In this document: positions 26,320 to 33,280 of the stretch, piece after piece
Layout of the letters: each line of letters starts with the position of its first letter
Position numbering within the stretch: the first letter of the stretch is position 1
IMG/VR virus record: IMGVR_UViG_2700989274_000006
Span: 1 to 33,280 of that record
DNA length: 33,280 bases
Strand: one strand, 5' to 3'
From: a virus
Lineage: Duplodnaviria; Heunggongvirae; Uroviricota; Caudoviricetes
Translations under genes and position numbers: made by a program
Notes under the pieces: generated by a model
The model's database searches: none
Told to the model about the DNA's origin: nothing
What the model saw: only the letters and a program-made list of their open reading frames with translations

Positions 26320-27069
26320 GTGGCAATGACCACACCAAATCCACTGGCAAAAACGAAAGGTGCGGGAACGACGTTCTGGATGTACACCGGCAAGGGCGAT
26401 GCGTTTGCGAACCCTTTATCGGACACTGACTGGCTGCGTCTTGCGATGGTGAAGGATCTGCAACCTGGCGAAATGACCGCTGATGCAGAAGATGACACTT
26501 ATCTCGATGATGAAGATGCAGACTGGAAAACGACAACCCAGGGGCAGAAATCCGTCGGTGATACTTCGGCGACGCTGGCCTGGCGTCCGGGTGACAGCGG
26601 ACAGAAAAAACTGGTTCAGTTGTTCGACTCCGGTGAAGTCTGCGCGTTTCGTATCAAATATCCCAACGGCACTGTTGATGTTTTCCGTGGCTGGCTGAGC
26701 TCACTGGGTAAAACCATTGCCTCAAAAGACGTGATGACCCACACAGTGAAAATCAGCGGTGTGGGGCGTCCGTATCTGGCAGAGGAAGGCACTGAAACAG
26801 TGAGCGTTACCGGGCTGACGGTGGCACCGGCATCTGCCAGTGTAAAAGTGGGAGCAACCACCACGCTGACCTTTACAGTAAAACCTGACGGAGCCAGTGA
26901 CAAAGCGATCAGTGTGCATTCGACAGATCCACAGACTGCCACGGTGACCCTGAACGGGCTTGTGGCCACGGTGAAAGGCGTGAAGCAGGGCAGTGTCAGC
27001 ATTGTGGGCATGACTTCTGACGGCGATTTTGTGGCAGTGGCTGCGGTGGCTGTCAGCGCCGCAGGTTAA
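26320..27069 (+). CDS. V: Major tail protein V with C-terminal Ig-like domain
   Basis: Strong similarity to lambda gpV: KGAGTT, ANPLSD, YLDDEDADW, QGQKS.GDTS.TLAW, PNGTVDVFRGW. Confidence 0.9.
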   Translation: MAMTTPNPLAKTKGAGTTFWMYTGKGDAFANPLSDTDWLRLAMVKDLQPGEMTADAEDDTYLDDEDADWKTTTQGQKSVGDTSATLAWRPGDSGQKKLVQLFDSGEVCAFRIKYPNGTVDVFRGWLSSLGKTIASKDVMTHTVKISGVGRPYLAEEGTETVSVTGLTVAPASASVKVGATTTLTFTVKPDGASDKAISVHSTDPQTATVTLNGLVATVKGVKQGSVSIVGMTSDGDFVAVAAVAVSAAG

Positions 27070-27089
27070 CAGGACGATACTCATCATTT

Positions 27090-27113
27090 GCCCCGGTTAT
27101 CCGGGGCTTTTTT
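27090..27113 (+). terminator. Strong intrinsic terminator between V and G
   Basis: GCCCCGG-TTAT-CCGGGGC perfect 7-bp stem followed by TTTTTT. Confidence 0.7.
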
Positions 27114-27126
27114 GCAGGTGGAGAAC

Positions 27127-27516
27127 ATGATGTTTCTGAAACAGGGCACGTTTAATTATGAAAAGCAGTCCGTGGTGCTCAGTGAGCTGTCCGGGCTGCA
27201 GAGAATTGAATATCTGGCGTTTGTTCAGCAGCGAACGGCAAAGTTTGATGCCGAAGAGGGAGAACTGCCGGAGGCTGAACGACAGATTGCTTTTCTGCGG
27301 ATGGGGATGGATATCAATGCCTGGCTGGTTTCCCGCTCACTGTGGAATGCGGAACAGTCTCAGGATGTTGAGACGCTTTGCGCATCCGTTATTACAACAT
27401 GGTCGTATGATGCCCTGGGAGCGGGGGCGGAGATGGTTCTGTCGCTGAGCGGTATGGGAGCCATTGAGAATGCCGGGGATTTGGAGCATGAGGTGCTGAC
27501 GCCGGAAAAGTCCTGA
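27127..27516 (+). CDS. G: Tail assembly chaperone G
   Basis: Similarity to lambda gpG (MFLK..., VLSELSGLQRIEYLA, SLW); GGTGGAG RBS; start is at an internal Met of the longer ORF. Confidence 0.8.
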   Translation: MMFLKQGTFNYEKQSVVLSELSGLQRIEYLAFVQQRTAKFDAEEGELPEAERQIAFLRMGMDINAWLVSRSLWNAEQSQDVETLCASVITTWSYDALGAGAEMVLSLSGMGAIENAGDLEHEVLTPEKS

Positions 27517-27854
27517 CGCGGGAAATGCAGTTTGTCATGCGGCTTGCCCGGGAGTTCAGGCGGGCAGACTGGCGGCGGATGCTGTCGGAAATGTCGGCCA
27601 CTGAGCTTGGTGAGTGGGGCGATTATTTCCGGATGCAGAGCTTCAGTGATGTGTGGATGGATGCGCAGTTTGCCTCGCTGAAGGCATTGATCGTGAGAAT
27701 GGTGTCCGGCAGCAGTGATGCTGCGGTGGCTGATTTCAGCCTTTTACCGGAAGAGAACGGGATACCGGAGCGAACGGACGAAGAACTGATGCATCTTGGG
27801 GAAGGTATTTCCGGAGGTGTGCGTTATGGACCAGATAGCCAACCTGGTCATTGA
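27504..27854 (+). CDS. T: T segment of the G-T tail assembly chaperone, reached by -1 programmed frameshift
   Basis: The -1 frame is open from 27492 and encodes a gpT-like sequence (RADWRRMLSEMSATELGEWGDYF ... GISGGVRYG); candidate slip site GGAAAAG at 27504-27510 inside the 22-nt overlap. Confidence 0.75.
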   Translation, partial: GKVLTREMQFVMRLAREFRRADWRRMLSEMSATELGEWGDYFRMQSFSDVWMDAQFASLKALIVRMVSGSSDAAVADFSLLPEENGIPERTDEELMHLGEGISGGVRYGPDSQPGH

Positions 27855-30800
27855 TTTGGGGATTGATGCGGCAGAGTTTAAAAATGAAATTCCCCGTATC
27901 AAAAACCTTCTGAATGGTGCAGCCAGCGATGCAGAACGGTCTTCTGCCCGTATGCAGCGTTTTATGGAGCGTCAGACTCAGGCCGCCCGGCAGACAACGC
28001 AGGCGGCGTCTTCGGCTGCAACAGCCGCATCCGTCCATGCGCAGACGGTGGAGAAGAACGCACAGGCTCATGAACGCATGGCCCGCGAGGTGGAGAAAAC
28101 CCGCCAGCGTATGGAGGCACTGAGCCAGAAAATGCGCGAGGAACAGGCGCAGGCCATGGCTCTGGCGGAGGCTCAGGATAAAGCAGCTGCTGCGTTTTAT
28201 CGTCAGATTGACAGTGTGAAACAGGCCAGTGCGGGGCTGCAGGAATTACAGCGTATTCAGCAGCAGATCCGACAGGCCAGAAACAGTGGCGGGATTGGTC
28301 AGCAGGATTATCTGGCGCTGATTTCTGAGGTTACGGCGAAAACCCGTGTTCTTACGCAGGCTGAGGAAGAGGCTACCCGACAGAAAGTGGCGTTTATCCG
28401 TCAGCTTAAAGAGCAGGCAACCCGCCAGAATCTTTCTTCTTCTGAGTTGCTTCGTGCTAAGGCTGCCCAGCTGGGGGTAAGCAGTGCTGCAGAAGTGTAT
28501 ATCCGCAAAATGGAGCAGGCAGGAAAAGCCACGCATTCGCTGGGTCTGAAAAGTGCAGCGGCCCGCCAGGAGATAGGCGTTCTGATAGGTGAACTGGCCC
28601 GCGGCAATTTAGGGGCGCTGAGGGGATCCGGGATAACGCTGGCTAACCGTGCCGGATGGATAGACACTCTGATGTCACCGAAAGGCATGATGCTTGGCGG
28701 GGTTATTGGCGGTATTGCCGCGTCCGTCTATGGTCTGGGTAAAGCCTGGTATGACGGTCAGAAGGAGGGGGAAGAATTTAACCGCCAGTTGTCGCTGACG
28801 GGGCATTATGCCGGAGTCACTGCCGGGCAGCTGTGGACGCTCAGTCGTGCTATTTCCGGGAATGGTATCACGCAACATGCTGCAGCCGGTGTGCTGGCTC
28901 AGGTGGTGGGGAGTGGTGCATTTCGTGGAAACGATATCGGTATGGTGGCGAGAGCTGCCGCACAGATGGAGCGATCGGTTGGCCAGTCGGTCAGCGATAC
29001 CATAAATCAGTTTAAGCGGCTGAAGGATGATCCTGTAAATGCCGCGAAGGCTCTGGACAATGAGCTGCATTTTCTTACTGCCACTCAGCTTGAGCAGATA
29101 CGTGTCCTTGGGGATCAGGGACGGTCCAGTGATGCTGCACGGATAGCCATGTCTGCACTGGCAGAGGAAACCGGTCGGCGTACTGCGGATATTGATAATA
29201 ACCTCAATGCGCTTGGCAGTACGCTGAAGTATCTGTCTGATTTATGGAGTCGTTTCTGGGATGCGGCCATGAATATTGGTCGTGAAGACTCGCTGGATGA
29301 ACAGATTGCCGCTTTACAGGAGAAAGTGTCGCGGGCGAAAAGACTCCCCTGGACGGCATCATCTTCTCAGGTTGAATACGATCAGCAGCGTCTTAACGAT
29401 CTTCAGGAGAAAAAACGCCAGAAGGATTTGCAGGATGCAAAAGAGCAGGCAGAGCGGAATTATCAGGAGCAACAGAAACGACGTAATGCTGAAAATGCTG
29501 CACTGAACCGGATGAATGAAACGGAAGCAGCACGACATCAGCGTGAAATTGCGCGTATTAATGCCATGCAGTACGCCGATCAGGCTGTCAGGGATGCAGC
29601 GATACAACGTGAAAATGAACGTTACGAGAAAGCCCTGGCATCCGGTAAGAAAAAAACACGCGAAACCCGTAATGATGAGGCCACCCGGTTATTGCTGCAG
29701 TACAGTCAGCAACAGGCACAGGTGGAAGGACAGATTGCTGCTGCAAGACAGTCAGCAGGCATTGCCACTGAAAAGATGACAGAAGCGCATAAACAGCTTC
29801 TGGCTCTGCAGCAGCGCATCAGCGATCTGGACGGGAAAAAACTGACGGCAGATGAAAAGAGTGTGCTGGCCCGTAAAGATGAACTGATTCAGGCACTGAC
29901 GCTGCTGGATGTAAAACAGCAGGAGCTTCAGAAACAGACGGCACTCAACGATCTGAAGAAAAAAACAATTCAGCTGACCAGTCAACTGGCTGAAGAAGAG
30001 CTCGCTCAGCGTCAGCAACATGACCTGGATATCGCCACGGTGGGTATGGGTGATCAGCAGCGGCAGCGATATCAGGTACAACTGAGTCTTCGCCAGAAAT
30101 ACCAGCAACAGCTGGAGCAGTTGAGGCGGGATAGTGAGCAGAAAGGGACATATAACACGGATGACTACAGAAAGGCCGAGCAGGCGCTGACGGAGAGCCT
30201 GAACCGACAACTGAATGAGAATCGCCGTTACTGGCAACAGCTTGAAGTTGTGCAGGGTAACTGGAAAAACGGAGTCCTGCGTGCATTTCAGGATTTTACC
30301 GTGGATGCAGACAATACGGCAGGAACAGCAGAACAGGTGTTCTCGTCAGCCTTCAGCAACATGGGAAATGGCCTGGCAACTTTTGTCACTACCGGCAAAC
30401 TCAACTTCAAATCCTTCACCTCTTCGGTGCTGTCAGATATGGCGAAAATCCTGGCGCAGGCAACCATGATGAAATCGATAAAAGGGATTGGCAGTGTACT
30501 GGGATTTGATCTCAGCAGCCTTTCCCTGAATGCCAATGGGGGGATTTATCAGTCTGCTGATTTGAGTCGTTACAGTGGCACGGTGGTTAACCGTCCGACG
30601 TTTTTTGCTTTTGCAAAAGGCGCGGGTGTGATGGGGGAAGCGGGACCTGAAGCCATTCTGCCACTGCGTCGTGGTGCTGACGGTAAGCTGGGGGTTGTGG
30701 CGGATATTGGTGGTTCAGGTATGGCGATGTTTGCCCCGCAGTACAACATCGAGATCAATAACGATGGCACGAACGGGCAGATAGGTCCGGCTGCCCTGAA

Positions 30801-30891
30801 GGTGGTTTATGACCTTGGGAAAAAAGCGGCAGCGGACTTTATGCAACAGCAGGCCCGTGATGGTGGTCGGTTAAGTGGAGCATATCGGTAA
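27826..30891 (+). CDS. H: Tail tape measure protein (lambda H-like)
   Basis: ~1021 aa; GGAGGTG RBS; long Q/A/E/R-rich coiled-coil region; conserved C-terminal tape-measure block (GGIYQSADLSRYSGTVVNRPTFFAFAKGAGVMGEAGPEAILPLRRGADGKLGV); position after G-T. Confidence 0.9.
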   Translation: MDQIANLVIDLGIDAAEFKNEIPRIKNLLNGAASDAERSSARMQRFMERQTQAARQTTQAASSAATAASVHAQTVEKNAQAHERMAREVEKTRQRMEALSQKMREEQAQAMALAEAQDKAAAAFYRQIDSVKQASAGLQELQRIQQQIRQARNSGGIGQQDYLALISEVTAKTRVLTQAEEEATRQKVAFIRQLKEQATRQNLSSSELLRAKAAQLGVSSAAEVYIRKMEQAGKATHSLGLKSAAARQEIGVLIGELARGNLGALRGSGITLANRAGWIDTLMSPKGMMLGGVIGGIAASVYGLGKAWYDGQKEGEEFNRQLSLTGHYAGVTAGQLWTLSRAISGNGITQHAAAGVLAQVVGSGAFRGNDIGMVARAAAQMERSVGQSVSDTINQFKRLKDDPVNAAKALDNELHFLTATQLEQIRVLGDQGRSSDAARIAMSALAEETGRRTADIDNNLNALGSTLKYLSDLWSRFWDAAMNIGREDSLDEQIAALQEKVSRAKRLPWTASSSQVEYDQQRLNDLQEKKRQKDLQDAKEQAERNYQEQQKRRNAENAALNRMNETEAARHQREIARINAMQYADQAVRDAAIQRENERYEKALASGKKKTRETRNDEATRLLLQYSQQQAQVEGQIAAARQSAGIATEKMTEAHKQLLALQQRISDLDGKKLTADEKSVLARKDELIQALTLLDVKQQELQKQTALNDLKKKTIQLTSQLAEEELAQRQQHDLDIATVGMGDQQRQRYQVQLSLRQKYQQQLEQLRRDSEQKGTYNTDDYRKAEQALTESLNRQLNENRRYWQQLEVVQGNWKNGVLRAFQDFTVDADNTAGTAEQVFSSAFSNMGNGLATFVTTGKLNFKSFTSSVLSDMAKILAQATMMKSIKGIGSVLGFDLSSLSLNANGGIYQSADLSRYSGTVVNRPTFFAFAKGAGVMGEAGPEAILPLRRGADGKLGVVADIGGSGMAMFAPQYNIEINNDGTNGQIGPAALKVVYDLGKKAAADFMQQQARDGGRLSGAYR

Positions 30892-31220
30892 TGGAGACGT
30901 TTCACTGGAAAGTGCGCCCGGATATGAATGTGGTATCAGAGCCGAAAGTGGTGACAGTGAAGCTGGGCGATGGTTATGAACAGCGTCGTGCGGCGGGACT
31001 GAATAACCAGTTGTCGACTTACAGCGTGACGATACGTGTTCGTAAATGTGAACACCCATCTTTAAAAGCCTTTCTGGAACGGCACGGTGGCGTCCGCGCA
31101 TTTCAGTGGACGCCACCTTATGACTGGAAGCCGATCAGGGTGGTTTGTCGTAAATGGTCGGCAAGCGTGGGGGCGTTGTGGGTAACCATAACGGCAGATT
31201 TTGAACAGGTCGTGGCATAG
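30891..31220 (+). CDS. M: Minor tail protein M
   Basis: 109 aa, the same length as lambda gpM; similar motifs GDGYEQR, LSTYSVT, FLERHGG, WTPPYDW, FEQVV; start overlaps the H stop (TAATG). Confidence 0.9.
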   Translation: METFHWKVRPDMNVVSEPKVVTVKLGDGYEQRRAAGLNNQLSTYSVTIRVRKCEHPSLKAFLERHGGVRAFQWTPPYDWKPIRVVCRKWSASVGALWVTITADFEQVVA

Positions 31221-31229
31221 GAGTCTCTG

Positions 31230-31594
31230 ATGCAGGATATTCCACAGGAAACACATCATGAGACGACACGCCTCACTCAGTCAGCCCAGGTGGTGCTCTG
31301 GGAAATCGATCTGACAGTGGTCGGTGGAGAACGTTATTTTTTCTGTAATGAGCAGAACGAAAAAGGTGAGCCGATCACCTGGCAGGGGCGACAGTATCAG
31401 GCGTATCCCATTCAGGGGACGGGATTTGAACTGAACGGCAAGGGCAGTGCTGCCCGTCCGACACTGACGGTTTCTAACCTGCACGGCATGGTCACCGCGA
31501 TGGCGGAAGACCTGCAGAGTCTGGTCGGAGGAACGGTGGTCCGGCGTAAGGTTTACGCCCGTTTTCTGGATGCGGTGAACTTCGTCAACGGAAN
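31230..31594 (+). CDS. L: Minor tail protein L (3' end truncated by assembly gap)
   Basis: Near-identity to the lambda gpL N-terminus (MQDI.QET, VVLWEIDLT.VGGERYFFCNEQNEKGEP.TWQGRQYQ.YPIQG.GFELNGKG, VVRRKVYARFLDAVNFVNG); the ORF runs into the N run at 31595. Confidence 0.9.
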
Positions 31595-31604
31595 NNNNNN
31601 NNNC
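31595..31604. other. Assembly gap (10 N)
   Basis: Run of n characters; the sequence after it is unrelated to phage tail genes. Confidence 0.99.
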
Positions 31605-32374
31605 ATGTCGGGCGGATGAGATAAGCGAGTCGACATCTGGCGTTACCGGGGAATATCAGAAAAATGTCATGGTTATGTGATGATTTAGTCTGGGATTTTA
31701 CTTCAGAGAAACGGGTGTCTGTTTAGTCAACAAAATAATCACAAACGCAACGGATGGGTTCTCGACGTTATTCACGACAGGCTCGTACATTACAGCGAGT
31801 AATAAAAAACCTGATATGCAAAGTCAAACCAATATTCATAATGTCTTTTTATTCACAACAATAAATAATTCAATAACAATCATTGAAATGAATGATGATT
31901 TGTATAAGTAATATACGCTACCGCCCCACCCTGATAACATGATCTGCACATTGCCATCTTAACGTCGTTAAACACTGGCTTAATAGTGGATATTTCAAAT
32001 TAGGAATTTATTAAATTCACCTGATGAATATCATAAGCAAATAGCATAGAAAATAATGACAATTCCCCCGAGGGGACCATTTCCAAAGCACTGCACCACC
32101 ACCAGGTGCCCGGATGATCTTGCTTCAGTGGTAAGAGTACCTGATTCATTGTTCCCAAAATGATGTTTTCCCCGGCCCCGCCAATAATGTGCAGCTCTCA
32201 CGTGATAATCTATTGATTAGGTTATATTAAGAATCAATATTTAAAATACATCCATTTTCTTGAATAAATCAACATGTTTATTTATCAATTGCTGTTTTAG
32301 CTCTGACTCATCAAGCTCTCCATATTTGTCCTACAGATAATTGCGAATAAATACAGAGAACGCCATTTATCCTT

Positions 32375-32587
32375 TTAGCATACCTGCCGGATATTTTTAT
32401 TTGTATTAATATTAATTGCATCTCCAACTCCGAGCATATCCATCATTAAAAACTTTTTGAGATTATAGAATACCTGTGATAACAAGTAAAACATCTGCAC
32501 AATGTGAATAGTTAGTTTCTTTTCAGAGGAAATGAAATAGACAAGCTGAATGAAGGGGAGAGTGATATAAATCAAAAAACATAACAT
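32375..32587 (-). CDS. Possible small hydrophobic protein (perhaps YncH-like)
   Basis: 70 aa ORF in an AT-rich region downstream of the GST gene; the length matches my recollection of E. coli yncH next to yncG, but the composition is low-complexity and it could be spurious. Confidence 0.25.
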   Translation of the reverse strand: MLCFLIYITLPFIQLVYFISSEKKLTIHIVQMFYLLSQVFYNLKKFLMMDMLGVGDAININTNKNIRQVC

Positions 32588-32662
32588 GAATTTAATTAAT
32601 TACACCCATCATTGTGGATAAAGTTACTGAATAATAAATAACATAATCTTCTGGTATCCCAC

Positions 32663-33280
32663 TCAAATAATTTCATTCCTTTTTAATACTTCTTGTAATT
32701 TCGGTAACTGACATACAGCATCAGCGATCGCGCTGATATTCTGCGCATTATCCTGAAACCATTCATGCCCCGGCCCCCATGTGCGCATGGTGCAGAGATA
32801 ACAGTCCACCAGCGTTAGTTGCTCACCAAAGGCATAAGGTTCAGCGGTCAATTGTGAATTCAGCCAGATATAAAGTGATTTGCGATATTCAATTACATTC
32901 TTCTTTAACTGTTCAGGTGCGTCAGATGCCCAACGCTCAGGGTAATCGGCGAAAGTGAATGTTGGATAGACATTAGCAACCAGCCAGACCAATAGCCGTT
33001 GAAACTGCTGACGTTCGGCGCGCCCAACCGGTGGCGCAAGGTCCGGGCGACGATCGAGAACCATAAATGCAATCGCCGCTGTCTCCGTCATAATCTCGTC
33101 ATTTTCCAGCGCCAGTGTCGGAACCTGACACAACGGGTTCAGGGTTTTCAATAACTCGCGTGAAGCTCCCTCGTGGTCAAAACCACTGACATCAACGAAC
33201 TGATAAGGAATATCAGCCAGTGTTAGCATCAGCTCACTGATTGTAGAGCCCCATCCGGGTACGCCATACACCTTAATCAT
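32663..33280 (-). CDS. yncG: Glutathione S-transferase family protein (YncG-like)
   Basis: 205 aa complete ORF whose start is the last codon of the window; thioredoxin-like GST N-domain (MIKVYGVPGWGSTISELMLTLADIPYQFVDV ... LCQVPTLAL) and a helical C-domain; the sequence matches my recollection of E. coli YncG. Confidence 0.7.
   Translation of the reverse strand: MIKVYGVPGWGSTISELMLTLADIPYQFVDVSGFDHEGASRELLKTLNPLCQVPTLALENDEIMTETAAIAFMVLDRRPDLAPPVGRAERQQFQRLLVWLVANVYPTFTFADYPERWASDAPEQLKKNVIEYRKSLYIWLNSQLTAEPYAFGEQLTLVDCYLCTMRTWGPGHEWFQDNAQNISAIADAVCQLPKLQEVLKRNEII

Noticed and set aside
28246-30237. Minus-strand ORFs (up to 161 aa) inside the tape measure gene
   Set aside because: Antisense to a gene with strong tape-measure features; Leu/Gln-rich composition reflects the complement of the coiled-coil coding sequence.
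31605-32662. About 1 kb AT-rich region scanned for tRNA, small RNA or CRISPR repeats
   Set aside because: No cloverleaf-like conserved tRNA features and no regularly spaced direct repeats; only a low-complexity 70-aa ORF, listed at low confidence.

Overview
This 33.3 kb window reads as a mosaic of horizontally acquired DNA from an enterobacterial (E. coli-like) draft assembly, with two 10-N scaffold gaps. Everything below is read from the sequence and recalled family motifs; no searches were run. (1) 1-5.6 kb: backbone of a CP4-57/P4-like integrative island: tyrosine integrase, AlpA-like regulator, an AT-rich module with an RHH-like protein and a degenerate resolvase-like HTH protein, a YfjJ-like (inovirus Gp2-type) protein and a BRO-N protein. 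(2) 5.7-11.7 kb: the most interesting part, a tightly coupled minus-strand three-gene operon of an MmeI-family N6-adenine methyltransferase (FDPACGSGNFLV and GNPPY motifs, no recognisable PD-ExK nuclease motif), an SF2 DExH helicase, and a protein with a C-terminal T5orf172 (GIY-YIG-like) domain. I interpret this as a candidate restriction-modification-like or BREX-like anti-phage system that may not be experimentally characterised. (3) 11.97-13.95 kb: an IS66-family element (tnpA-tnpB-tnpC), apparently shorter than usual. (4) 14-31.6 kb: the late region of a lambdoid (Qin-like lysis, lambda-like tail) prophage on the plus strand: SAR endolysin, Rz with embedded Rz1, cspI-like and Gns-family morons, a cos site, terminase Nu1/A, W, portal, a protease-capsid fusion, FII, Z, U, V, G/T with frameshift, tape measure H, M and a gap-truncated L. 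No early, immunity or Q genes, no holin and no distal tail genes are present, so it looks like a remnant. (5) 31.6-33.3 kb: an AT-rich spacer and a yncG-like glutathione S-transferase gene.
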